The position numbers were made by a program, and so were the translations under genes. The notes below the pieces were generated by a model, which saw nothing but the letters and a program-made list of their open reading frames with translations, ran no database searches and was not told where the DNA came from. DNA of 64,000 nucleotides from Podarcis cretensis (taxonomy: Eukaryota). Positions 1 to 48,000 of this stretch are shown one piece after another (positions within the stretch are counted from its first letter, which is position 1; the number at the start of each line of letters is the position of its first letter). The stretch lies in contig OX638158.1 in the NCBI GenBank assembly GCA_951804945.1, forward strand, positions 28,334,001-28,398,000. The letters run 5' to 3'.

Positions 1-1170
1 CCAAATGGCCGAAATATTGGGAAATTCTAGAAAAAGACGGAGACAATTGGAAATTGCAGAGTTTGGAGAAAATGAAGGATAAAGTGCGAGACTGGTTACA
101 CTACGCTCAGATTAAGGAAGTTTTTAAAAATGATAAAAAGTTAGGGTTCTAGGTGGAGAAATCGAAATTGGAAACAGAATTGTTAGAACCTAAGACTAAG
201 GTACTTTCAAGAATGTATAACTTGCTGTTAAAATGGAACACACAAGATGAAATGGTTAAATCGGCTATGATAAAGTGGGCACAGGACATTGGGCACAATA
301 TTATGTTTGAGGACTGGGTAAGGTTGTGGACCACTGGGCTGAACTTCACTGCATGTAATGCTTTGAAGGAAAATGTAATGAAAATGATATATAGATGGTA
401 CATGACCCCAGTTAAACTTGCCAAAATATACCATTTGTCTGATAACAAATGCTGGAAATGTAAAGGAAATGAAGGAACATTTTTTCACCTCTGGTGGACA
501 TGCCCTAGAGTGAAGGCCTTCTGGGAAATGATATATAATGAGTTGAAAAAGGTATTTAAGTATACTTTTCCCAAGAAACCAGAAGCCTTTCTCTTGGGTA
601 TGGTCGGCCAGATGGTGACAAAAAAGGATAGAAATTTTTTCCTGTATGCAACAACAGCAGCAAGGATACTCATCGCCAAGCATTGGAAACCTCAAGATTT
701 ACCCACACTGGAAGAATGGCAGATGCAACTGATAGACTATATGGAACTGGCTGAGATGACCGGCAGAATCCGAGACCTGGGAGAGGAGAGGGTTGAAGAA
801 GACTGGAAGAAATTTAGGACTTATTTACAAAAATATTGTAATTTGGTTGAATGTTAAGAAGGATGCTAGATCATAAATAATTGACCACCACTAAACTAGA
901 TGGAATTAGGACGATAAGTAGATTGAGGAAAATATAAACCATTTGGAGAACTATTAGACTATATTTAAAAGAATGGGACCTAAGAATATAAACAAGATGA
1001 CAATTTGCTGGTTAAAATTTAAGACGATGTAAGTGGGAGCGGGAGATGTGAGGGAGTCCAAAGAGGTTTTGAAAATATGTTATGATATATGCTATATTGT
1101 TGATTATTTTTGCATTTGTATTTTAAAAATCTTAATAAACATTTATTAAAAAATAAATAAATAAATAAAA
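1..1170 (+). mobile_element. L1/Tx1-clade LINE 3' end (ORF2 C-terminus, 3' UTR, A-rich tail), antisense in MYH9 intron 17
   Basis: Frame from base 3 to 857 with one internal TAG (150-152); CCHC zinc knuckle CWKCKGNEGTFFHLWWTC; AATAAA at 1134; (AAAT)n tail 1148-1170. Confidence 0.9.
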
Positions 1171-1411
1171 GAGTTGCGAAAGTGGTCCTCGAAGCAAGCC
1201 CCTGGCCTGCTAACACCATATAACTACTGAGTGGGCCTCTGACACTGCTTGAGGCTGACCAGGGGCTTTAAAAGGCCGCCTATGAAGAATAGACTGCTAG
1301 CTGGCAAGACAATTCTCTTTACAAACTACATGCAGAGTCCTCTGACAACCTACGAGCACTTCACATAATGCATTCAATACCATGCAGAGTAAAGCCAATG
1401 CCTCAGTTTTA

Positions 1412-35625
<34,214 letters not shown>

Positions 35626-38338
35626 GGTGGTTTATAACCAGGGACCTATGAAAAGAAGAAGTTGCAATGTTATTACCTTGCCAACATTTTGACACTACAA
35701 CCTTGGAGTCACCTGAAATAGGCACCAGTTCCCTCACCAACACTAATTTCAAATCTTTGACCATGTTACTGTTTAAATGCCATGCAATCATTAGAAGTAG
35801 GTTCATGTTGTCAGCTTAAACACTCTATAGAGACAAGAACACTAGAGATAACTGTATAGATATTTTAGGTCCTTGTAAAGGAGTTCTGAGTAGACAAGGC
35901 CATTGACTCCAAGTTGCATGCCCAGATAAACTATTCACCTATTGCTTCCCCACAGATTCATTACCCCCTGTGGGTCACAAATAGGCAGTGACCGGATGCA
36001 TAAAAGCATCCAATTACTCAAGCAAGCAAGCTTGAAGGAACACACAAGAAGCTGGCAACTACATATCAACACAATGTGGTAGTGCTACAATTAGCCTCCT
36101 CCCCCTAGGCCTTAACTAGACTGGGGGGGGGGCAGCTTCACATAGTCAAAGTGGTTTCCCCCTCTGTTAAAAACAGCTATTTAAAATGGATGGGTCACAC
36201 CTGAGGAGAATATACATGTTCTACCCCAATGAAACTGTAAAATGATATTAAGTTATGCCAAATCATAGGAAATACAGAGATGAAAAACTTACTAAGGTTA
36301 AAAACTTTTCAGTAGATATGACACAACCCGATTTCTTATCAACATTTGTCAGTTCCCTGGAACAAATGTAAGATATCTGAAGAAATACTGACTAAGTCTA
36401 CAGTCGTCTACAGTTATTTACAGAAAACTACAGCTATTTACAGACTGACAGCCCTAGCATGGGTAGGAAAGCAGGTCGTCTTTTCTTCCTATCTAGAAAT
36501 TAGAATTCCTTTCTTTGCTATTATGCCTACAAATGATTTAACTTGGGCTGCCAGCCTCACTCAATCCCTTGTGGCATCTGTTAATAGCCTGAAAGTAAAA
36601 GTAAAACCTCCGAGCTGGCAGGAGACTCACCCTGACTAGAGCAGACCTGTTAGATTAGAAAAAAGTGGCTGCCAGGTAGCCACTTCTATTTTTCCACAAT
36701 GAGGAAAAAAAACTCAGAACTAATTTAGGAGGTGAAAGGCAAAGTAATTTTATACTTGCCACTTTATGTGGCTCACTATGCAACACAAGTGGTCCATTGT
36801 ATTAGGTATTTCAAAACCATACAAACTTCCTGTCTCTCTGCATTGTGTGTGCATGCATACAGCCGTCAAGAACCAAGCTTTTCAGCCAGCCTTTGCACAC
36901 CACAGTGTCAATACTGCTGCATGCTGCTAGCCAAAGCTGCCCATGAAGACATTTAGAATACAAATAGGTCTCCCTCCAGAGTCAACTATGTTACAAAATA
37001 GTTGGTAAACGTACTGTGGATATACGTTTCCATTAAGCCTTTCAAAGCAAGCAAGAAAGAAAGAAAGAAAGAAAAGAAAGCCATCATTTTTATGTCACCT
37101 TAGTCTCAAAAGCAAGTGTTTAGATAGCTTGCATTCACCTAAATATGTATTTACTTATGATTAACCATGCAAACAAGGCACTTTGGATTTTGCTAGAAAT
37201 TGAAAACATAAGAGGAGTCTGCTGGATCAGGCCAATCGCCCATCTAGTCCAACATCCTCTCACAGTGACCAACCAGATGCAAATTAGAAGTAAGCAAAGA
37301 AGAATAATGTGCTGGGGCTATATTTAATGCAAGAAACCAATGTGGAGCTCATACTGGCAGAATTTGCTGGAGACATCAAAAAGTTACATTATGTAAAACC
37401 CAATAAAAGCTCTTCAAACAAACAAGAACTATCCTAGAGCCAAGTATTTCCAGTGATACACCATGCTTCATGATGCCTAATCATAGTGTTGGAGCCAAAA
37501 ATATGCCACAGGTCTTTGCTAAAATAGGAGAAAACTCTGGTGATTTAGGTCCATAAATTTGTCACTCAGGAGCCAAAGGAAAAGGTGGGGAATAATTCAT
37601 TGTACTGCATTCAGAATTGTATCAAGGCTGGCAAGGCAACAGCTGTAGTCTAAACTTCTGCTACACAGCTTCCTGCAATTGCAACTTCCAAGTATCTAAC
37701 TGCTTGCCTTTTTTGGCCATAATTGAGCAAGACACACCAGGAGAATGAGCGCTTCCAGCTGAATTTGGTTACTTTTAGTTTCATCATTTCCTGAAAACTA
37801 ACTGAAGAGCTGTATAGTCAGCTTAAAATATTCTTCTATTTCTTTAGGTCCTTTCCGCTTAGAATACATCTGGCATGGTTTTGTCATTCCTCATGCCTTC
37901 AGAGAAAAAGAGTTATTTTGGTTGACAGCCTTTGAGATGCATGACATTCTGGAAATTTTACTTCCATATCCTGTGCACAGTCTAAGTCACTAGGTATCTT
38001 CAGCAGCAAGGACCTAGCATTGAAATTCAAATCCCATAAGCCCCTGGCAGCTGTGCCAATGAGCGGGGGCAATGGGAGTTGCAGACTAACGACATCTAGC
38101 AGGCCACAGTTTTTCCACCTCGCCTGCCCCAGCAGCACATAAATCTATTTCTCCCCATCTTAGCAGAGAAGGGGCCCCTGTTGTAATATTGTTCACCAAG
38201 ATGACCAATTATTCTTGAGTTCACTTTTTCCGAGAAGTAATTGGCCAACATTTCCAGTACATAATACTAATAACTGAAAAGATTATTTTGGGGGGGACGG
38301 GACATTCTTACAGCGGAATTATACCAACATATCCATAC

Positions 38339-39024
38339 GAAGATCATGGCCGAAACGAAGATCATGGCCACTGGGCCCATCACCTCCTGGCAAATAGAAG
38401 GGGAAGAAATGGAGGCAGTGAGAGATTTTACTTTTTTGGGCTCCATGATCACTGCAGATGGTGACAGCAGTCACGAAATTAAAAGACGCCTGCTCCTTGG
38501 GAGAAAGGCGATGGCAAACCTAGACAGCATCTTAAAAAAGCAGAGACATCACCTTACCAACAAAGGTCCGTATAGTTAAAGCCATGGTTTTCCCAGCAGT
38601 GATGTATGGAAGTGAGAGCTGGACCATAAAGAAGGCTGATCGCCGAAGAATTGATGCTTTTGAATTATGGTGCTGGAGGAGACTCTTGAGAGTCCCATGG
38701 ACTGCAAGAAGATCAAACCTCTCCATTCTGAAGGAAATCAGCCCTGAGTGCTCACTGGAAGGACAAATCGTGAAGCTGAGGCTCCAATACTTTGGCCACC
38801 TCATGAGAAGAGAAGACTCCCTGGAAAAGACCCTGATGTTGGGAAAGATGGAGGGCACAAGAAGAAGGGGATGACAGAGGACAAGATGGTTGGGCGGTGT
38901 TCTCGAAGCTACAAACATGAGTCTGACCAAACTGTGGGAGGCAGTGGAAGACAGGAGTGCCTTGCGTGCTCTGGTCCATGGGGTCACGAAGAGTCGGACA
39001 CGACTAAATGATTAAACAACAACA
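38339..39024 (+). mobile_element. BovB (RTE clade) LINE, 5'-truncated 3' fragment
   Basis: Translation KTKIMATGPITSWQIEGEEMEAVRDFTFLGS...WTIKKADRRRIDAFELWCWRRLLRVPWTARRSN...; 3' end GGGGTCACGAAGAGTCGGACACGACT with (CAA)n tail; TSD ATATCCATAC; one frameshift and one nonsense codon. Confidence 0.93.
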
Positions 39025-42000
39025 ATATCCATACATTTCACAAACAGGTGTGTGCCAAACTGTGTGTGCAGTCAGGTATGTGAAAAGCCTTAAGAGTGAA
39101 CAGAAACTGAGCTCAGGTTCTACTAGAATAGTTTATGAGCTCTGATCCAGGTAACTGATCCAATAGCAACCATAATCTTATTAGGAGTTTCTCAGGGAGC
39201 CATATCATGTACAGCCATGGGGGAATATTAAACATGGTCCTGAGCACACACCAAATTCACACAGAAGGTGACAAGACTGAAAAGACCTAGCCAGCATAAG
39301 GAGAGAAGGAACCTTGGAGTGTTTTCAGAATCCACTTTAGTTCACAGGGCTTCTGTGAAAAGCAAATCTATGTGTTCCTTGACTGTAGGACATTTGAAAA
39401 CAAAAAAAGGAACTATTAATGTCTGTCATTACTAAATGCAAAAAGAAGAGTGTAAACAACAGAGTAAGGGTGGGACAACTATAAGATGAACAGCAAGGGA
39501 CCAAGAAACGGAAAAATATTAGACCTTCCTTAAGTCACACATATGATGATCTAGTAGAGACTGTAAGCTTTAACAGGAAATGGCAACAGGCCGGTTGTAG
39601 GATGTGAAAAAGCTCACACCACATCCTGACAACAATTATCAGCAGTACACCAAGTGACACACACTAGTCATCATACACCCTAACTGAACCTATTGCCCCT
39701 TTATGCTTTCACAACTATGAGTTTTCTCCATGGAATAACTTGGATTCTGTACTTGTTTTTCTTTCTTTATGTCCATTTATGTCATTGGTTGTTACCTGTT
39801 AAATAGATTTTAAAAATAATGCATTATTAAAAACAACTATGTTACCTAATTTAGTGTTCCATACTTGACGAAAGTCAGCTCTAGCACAGATCCGTATTGT
39901 CTACTTCCAGAAAAGGTAACTTATTAAACACTGAATGTATGCTGGAAAAATGCTGAGAGATCAAAGACTGCACCTTATCGGTATCATTAACATGATCTGC
40001 ACATCACTTTATCAGCATTATGAACTGTGAAAAGGTACCACATTTTAAGCAACTGTTGAATGTTTATCACAGGAAACACCATTCAAGTCCACTTGAACAG
40101 AATTGCTTTTGGGACTCTGCCATTGCTCAACAAGGTCAGTAAATTAATATAAAAGACCATAAGCAACAAATCTGCTTAACAAACAGGAAATTTGGTCTCA
40201 GACTGACGGGGGTATGGTACTTGAATGTGTCCAATGAATATTATGCCTGCTTTCAAGAAAATTATATTTTATATTACACACACAAACAAGGCATAGGATT
40301 TAGTTAAAGGGGGTGGAAGAAATAACTGTTCAAGTTCGCAGCACACATTTATTTGTAGCACATCACATTTTCCCCTTCCTCCTTTTTTTTTATTTTTTTT
40401 TTGCTTGCTAGTGATGCTGCTCTATTTTTATCAACGCAGAACAGTTTTGACCATTTGAGTATTTGCTAGTTAATGTGTTTTTCAGGAATTTTCTTTCAAC
40501 TTAAAGCAGCTTTCCCCACCTGATGCCCCCCAGAGGTTTTGGACAAAGATTCTCAACAACCCTGACCATGACCATGTTGGAGGGCACTGGGTTGAGGAGT
40601 GCTCTCCCAGCGCTATTTTTTTATTTTATTTTTTTGAATGGAAGCCAAGTTTCTTAAGATGTTAAAGGTGCACAGACTCTCCAATGGAAGAGCTGGTGAA
40701 TCCCCTACTCTAAGCAAGCATTATCTTACTGGATACCTCCTGCTGTACAATAAGATGATACAAGTTAGTAGAAGCCAACATCAATGTTAAACTGAACAGT
40801 AAAACTCAACTAAGAAAGAAGTTTGGGTCCAGCTTGTTCCTAGAACTGATCTGCTAATTACAGATATAGCATCAACATCTGCAGTCATGGCGGAATGCTA
40901 AACAGCAAGAGTATTGGGCAGGTAGCCACCCCTTTGATGTCCATAATGCCCCTTTGAGACCATAATGAGATTTGCTGGAGCACATGCAACAGCAGTAGTT
41001 TGGGAGAGACTCTTTCCTGTGCTCCTGCCCACTGGCTCTTTACCATTCTATTGTAAAGCTGGGCTAGTTACAGGTGTGTGGTCCCTGTTACCATCCACAC
41101 TTTGATTCAGTCATAACCAAGACATCTAGAAGCAACTCAGATCATCTCAAGCACGTAGTTTTAAGGGAGACTGTAGGGCGTTTCAGCATTCTCAGAGCAA
41201 ACATTTCTTTCTCACGTGAGCAAAAAAACATTTCAAATGAAGCCCCTTACTCATAATATTGTAGTGTACCACAGCCAAAGTCCTTTCAGTACAGATGTGA
41301 AGTGAAGACAATGGGAAAGGTGGGAGGAGTTGCATCTTAGTCTAGCCATGCATGCAGACATTACAAAAGTTAATTAACACCATAATCAGCCATGGGAGGG
41401 AATACAAATGCAGCCTCTGTGGTGTATATATTTGATGGAGGCATATGGCAGGAATCGGCAAACTTTGACACACCCCACACAGATGCTGCTGGACTACAGC
41501 CTTGACCACTGGCCTATGTCAACTAGGGTTGATGGGACTTTGAGCCCAACAACATCTGGAAGGCCACAGGTTCCGCATCCCTGCTCCAAGGAGTCTCATA
41601 TATTCCCAGTAATCCTTACAGTCACCTTGTTAGGGTAGGTTGTTATTCTCCTATTTAAATGGGAAGTCAAGAGAGAACACAGAACTGTATAAGAGCCAAA
41701 CTGGTCATGACAACAGCAGACTCATGCATGACAACCAAATTCTAACAGAAGGTGGAAAGTGAACTCTTCTTACTAAACCACCTCTCCCAATATGCTCCCT
41801 TTGCTGCAAAGGGGGAAAGCAGCTTGCGCAAGAAGATTGTGTTAACAGTAAGGATTTGGCAAACGTCTCACCCAGCCATAACATGGAGTTGCAACACACA
41901 ATTAGTATTCTGCAGAATCTGAGCTGCACTGTGCCACCTACTGGGTACGTAACCAAACACGGACATTCGAACCAGGGATTTCCTAGTTCACCAGCGCCCC

Positions 42001-45000
42001 ACCCACCTTCCCATAGTTATACCATGCACCCCACACACTATGGAACCTGCATCTCTCTTTTAGGGAACATCTGAAGAAGCTATTTGCTGAACATGCACAA
42101 GAGATCCTTTCTCAACTCCTGAGCTTTCTACAGGATCCAGGTGTTTCAGATGAAGGCTGACAAACTGATAACACCATCTGCACAAGACTGGGAAGGAGAG
42201 GGTAAGATACAGTCTACCTTTCAGGAATCTAGACATTCCATTTGCTGAACCCTTTCTGCAGGATTTCTAGTATTAAAGGTTTGTGAGAACCTGCCCCCTG
42301 AAAAAAGTGAAGCTTCCTTTAGGCTTCAGAAGCATCTGGAAAAACAGGACACACTGCTTGCAGTTTATTTCTCCAGTACTATTTGTATTACCCCCTTGGC
42401 CTACTGTTTACTTTATCAGTGGCCACAGAATTGCTGTTGGGACTCTGCCATTGCTCATCAAGGTCAGCACATTAATATAAAAGAGTATAAGCAGAAAGAC
42501 TGCTTAACAAACAGGAAATTTTGTCTCTAAATGACCATGCTACTTGAATGTATCCAATGAATATTAACCCACACAGTTTTTCCTGATTTAAGCATTGCAC
42601 GCTCTTGCAAATAGGTAACTGCACAACATGCCCCAGGCAAAGTTGCTGGAGAGTGAGAAGACAATAACCTTTTCAGTTGTAGTTAAAGCCTCATCTTCAG
42701 GGAAAGATGACAGTTCATTTTCACCAGTTTGGAGTATTTAACTATTGAGCCCTAATAAGACCTAAGCAGCTAGTTGTTTCCCACCTAAATCAAATGCAAA
42801 GCCTTGAAACAGAATAGCCCAAATGAAGTCTGTAATGAAACTTCTGGGGGAAAGTTGTTCCCAGAGTTATGCTGCACTTTGTTCTGATGGAACCAAGCTT
42901 CTATTGCTCAAGCAGTCTGAGCGTGGTTTGCTCAAGTGTAAGGGGGAGGGGGAAGCAGTAAGATATAATTACACAGCAAATGCTACCTAACTGGTAAGTG
43001 CAGTGTGTAGGTTAAGCAAGGGGTGAGGTGGTGAAAGTGCACTATGTGATCATGATCTCAAACCTATTGCTTACAGGACAAAGCCCAATTCACTGGGTAT
43101 TCTCCTGAATCTGTGGAGAAACTGAGCCTCTGATTCTCAGGAGCAACACATTCAATTACTCTCAAAATCTGAAGCACACAAACTACAATACTTAAAGACA
43201 GAGGCATGTAGAAATTTCTACAGCTTATAAAGATGTTTGAGCTTCATTTGTCAAACATGGCAAAAGCACATTCATGTCTCACAATTCCTTTGGACATGCA
43301 AAGTTGTCATCTTTAGTCTTTATGCCCAATTTTCTCCAATTTAAATGTACATGGGGGCATTACTGTATTCCCCATACCTGTGCATTCTGTAACACAGAGC
43401 AACTGAAGCAGAGAAATCTGTTGAAAGTACTCAGTGATTAATTGAGGTGACAAGTACAGCAGTACACTCCTTGACTTTTGAAATTATGAAATGAGAGGCA
43501 CTCTGATTAGCAATATCCTGTTGCTGATGTTGCACAGTAAAAGAGGAGTCAGAGCAACTGAAAATTAGTTGCAAGATCAAAATTGAATGCTGAGTTGGGA
43601 GAGCCACATTATAACACAAGTGAGAAGCCAGAGGGCTCTATAGTTCACAAGTTCAAGTCGCTCCTCATATAGGCACAGCCTTTGTTTCAATGATAAGTAT
43701 TTCACAACACTCACATACATACACACTTTTTTATAAAAGCAATGTTAAGTGCAATGAGGCACCTTTCTGTGACAGTGGGGAAAAATAACTGTCAAGGCTT
43801 TCACACAAACTAAATATGGTGTGTCACAATAAAATTTGATATGCTGTGCAATCCTATACAGGTTTACTCAGAAGCAAGGTCCAGTGAGTTGAGTGGAACT
43901 AATACCCAGGTAAGTAAGCATAGGATTGCAGCCTTAGGTAACTGTTAAAGTCTCTCTCTCCAGGAATCTGAGCTCTTTATCGACATTCAAGTAGTCTACT
44001 TTTTTTTGCAGCTGATTGGTACTTGGATGCACTACTTCAGAGCACTCATTTTGAAGTTTAGTTTATTATCCCAGGGTATAGAGCTGCCACCATTCAAAAA
44101 TATGAACTGCACTATTCACTTGGTGTCAAGCAAGTTCTGAACTAAGGAAATATAAATTGTATATGCCACAACATGAAATACATGTGAAAATTTAACTGGC
44201 ATAAACCTCTTGGTATCAGTGTGGTTGCAAGGGAGGGTCCACAAATTACCGTACCTATATTGGAAAGGCAGTAGCAATTCTGCCATTTTACGTACATACA
44301 GAAGATGCAACCCAAGCCATATGGTTCACATGTTAAGATTATCCCCATATTCTGGCCCTATTGGTTGCAACTGTTAACACAAAATTAACTGACTCTTCTT
44401 AAAAGTTCCACATCACTTTAAATTTAGAAGTCATCTTTCCCTTCATGATGAATTGTTTGGCTCTTGCTGCTTTCCAATTCTTAGATTAAATAATTGTATT
44501 ATTTAACCATTTCCTTCTTCCACTCTTCCCGACTCACCTCTACAGGACTTGAGGAATGCCAGCTGCAGACCAACAAGTCATTACTAGCCTCTGTATGGTA
44601 TCAAAGGGAAACATTCTTATAACAGGAGGCAAGGGAAACCCATGATTGGGCTTTTCTTCTCAGAAGGCTTGCAACTGGTTAACTAGAGAGCCCATGCAAA
44701 CTTAGATGGGCTCGTGGTTACAACAAAAACAGAAGTACCCCTGCAAACAGATTAAGATATTGGGGGGCGGGGTACTACTGCCAAGGCAAAATACTTTGCA
44801 TTCAAAGCTTTCATGTTTTGTCTTACCACCCTTTCCCCACACAATCACCATTGCTGAAATACAGAAGTGCAATGGCAGGGGTGGAAAAGTGGTATGGAAA
44901 CTCCACAGTAGTGACAGGCCACTCCTGCCATTACAGACCAACTGCAGAGTTAAGTCCTAGGACACGTTGCACTCAAGAGTGAAGCTGATATTAATTAGTT

Positions 45001-48000
45001 CAGCTTACAGAGTATGGGAACTGGTGCATGGAAATAGCATTGTGTTATGGGGAGGGGTGTAGAGGTGGTTATTAGTTTCAAACTCCATCTGCAGCACACT
45101 TAAGCCCAACTGGCAGCAACCCAAAGCTTAAAAAGTTTGGAATATATCTTATTCCAAGCTAAATGTAGCATAGTATGCTTTCTGAAACTGTTGTTTCCTA
45201 TTACCATGTGTGCAATACATGCCTTCTCAGCATAGGAAAGAGACAGCATGCCCACAAGGAAAACATTCCAGAGGGAGAACACATTCTTCGTGACCACTCA
45301 GTAGAGTAATCCCACTTTAAAATGACAGCAGTGGCTTCAGAGACTCCAGCCCAGCCCTGCTGCTCAAAGGGTTTGGTTTAGAGTTCACTATGTCTCCCTG
45401 GGCAACAGGATCTTAAGAGACAGGCCTGGGACATTGCACAAGATGACAATATTGAAGCAAAAGTTCCTATCCCCGCAGGCTTTGAGTGCTCAGCATAGGA
45501 GCCCAAAGTACTGCCAACAATACCTCCACAGCAGCAGATCAGAGCCAATAACTAAACGCTTCCCTGCTGTGCCACAGGTAGAAACACTATTCCCGTTTAC
45601 TTAGATTTGAAAGCAAGGCTGCCTCTTCTGCTGGTTTTACCATCCCAGTCAAGTTCATGCAAGACGTATGTGTCAGAGTCAACACCCCTCCCATCTATGA
45701 TCATGCCTTCTCATTCTTTCACGGACTCTGCAATTTGCATCAATGCTAAGCTTCTTTCTTCTAAAGCACTCTCTCTTCACGGACATTTCTTCCGTATCAT
45801 CTTTCTGGTCCACATTTAAGTGCAAAAGCTTGATACCTGACACAAGCAGCAGTAGCTCCTTGTCTCTGAATGCAGACCACCACTATCCCAGGAGCAGACA
45901 GAAAAGTAGGGCAAGTGGTTTCTAATGGATCAAGAGCAGGAAGGAGGAGGCTATTGGCATTCCCCACAAGTGATTTTCTTCCTGAATTGAATTCATTTCT
46001 ATCTGAGGGCCAGGATAGGACCAAAGCAGCTACAAGAAAGGGCTGCAAGGGGTAGGGTGAGAAAGAAGGAACCAGCACTGCTCCAACATTAGTACAGTAC
46101 TGTCTGGCTCAGATTGGAACAAGGATCTGCCGCGCCTTCAACAACCTTTTTTTTAAAAAAGAAATGCCACTGATCCTGAACTTCTCATAACCACAAAGGA
46201 AACAAACTAATAATTGTCTATGATCAGGAATCTATAGCTACACCATTGCCTTTTCATGTTGTAATAATTATCCCTCATTTCCTGCTCCATTATGAGTTTT
46301 ATAAGGTCTGGCAACTTGGCTAAAGTGACAGCTAGTTTCATAGCATAAAGCCAGCCTCAGGCTCTTGGGACTATAACTATTTTTAATCACTAGTTCTAGA
46401 TAGCAGCAGCAGCTCTGAACATTCAGTGTCATCAGAGTATCTTAAGCAACGAAAGCTCTCCAAAATTTCAATACAGAATTATAATCATATACAACTCTTT
46501 AAAAGCCTTGTGACCACCTACTCAGAAATGTTACCTATCCCTTTGGCACAGCCCTTTGCCATCTGCCAGCACTACTTTCCTGGGATGTTCTCTTATCCAA
46601 AAGCAAGTGTTGGTCCAACACAAAGGAGAAATGTTGTGCACAAACGCAGACATTCCAGTGACCATTCCTGGCTCAGCCTCCCTTCTTTACTGCATGCCCC
46701 TGGACACAAACAAGTAGGCTAAACTGCAGTTGCAAGCTTGTTTTTAAGATAACCTAAAGGCCATAAACAGCTTGGAAGCCTCCAATAAAGAAATGCTTGT
46801 AACTGGGACTGCTGAAGACATAGGTGAAAGGTAAAAAGTTAGCTAGTCACTTTTCAGCCATGTTTTGTCAAAGGTCTACTTCTGAAGAACAGTTTATGAA
46901 CATTAGGTAGTGCAAGATTCCCTAGACCTGCCTTCCCTCCCCAGTCTGGTACCCTCCATATGTTTTGGACTACATCTCCTATTGTTCCTGATCATTAGCC
47001 ATGCTTGTTAGGCCTGATGGAAATTGTAATCCAATGCATTTGGAAGGCACCAACTGGGAAAGAGTACCCCAACTATTTGCCCCTCATTCTGGAAAAACAT
47101 TGTTGAAGATTCCCTCAAGTTGTACATATGGGAAGCAATAGGATGGAGGGGAACTCAAGGACTAAAGGCTCAGTTACAGGCAGGAGAAACAAAAAAGAGC
47201 AGTTCAGGGGATGAGAACAGTTTAAGAATAAGACAGAGTAGCTTGGAGGTCTGGACAAGATTGTAACTGGAAGCTGGAACAGCAGTGCCTAAAAATACCA
47301 TTTCTAAGAAAAAGTTCTTAGTGGATCTCTCAGCTGTGCTTCCTCATATCAGACAACAAGAAAAAGGGCATTAGGGGCTGTATCCAGTGCTTGAGTAGAT
47401 GCATAGAAATGAATGCCCTTGACTAACTTAGGTCCATTAATTTCAGTGGGTGTGCTCTGAACAGAACTTGGCTGGATACAACCCATAATACTATTTGGGT
47501 TGTATCGCAACTTGCTCTTCAAACACGTGTAGCAGGTTTGTGCAAGCACACTATTAAACAATATGAAATGTGGAAAAACAGCTAGTTAAGAGGAAACAAG
47601 AAGAAATTTAATGCAGGCTGGAGCCATGGAAGTACCCAAAGGCTTTACTATATATATTATTCCCAAGGCTTTCATGATGCATGCCCAAGCAGCTTCAGCA
47701 CTACTGTATAGCACAAAAGTCGTCCCTCTTCATTTCTTCTATAGTAACCTGAGGGATAACTAAGATACCTAGTCTGTGCACATTAACATCAAGTCTAGAC
47801 TTTAAATACCTTGCATAATACTGCACAAAATGAAAAATAAGCCCCATAGTGTAGTCCAGCAATTGCAGCTTCACTCTACTTGAAAGGAACTTCATAGCCA
47901 ACAGTGGTAAGGAGCAGGGCTTACCTGCTAAGCTAATTGGGTTGAAGGCATTTTCTAACTGGTCTGACTAATTTCAAGTGCCACTGTCAAACTGATTAGT

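Noticed and set aside
149-695. Minus-strand ORFs (99, 155 and 64 aa) over the LINE
   Set aside because: Antisense to L1 ORF2; no independent coding evidence.
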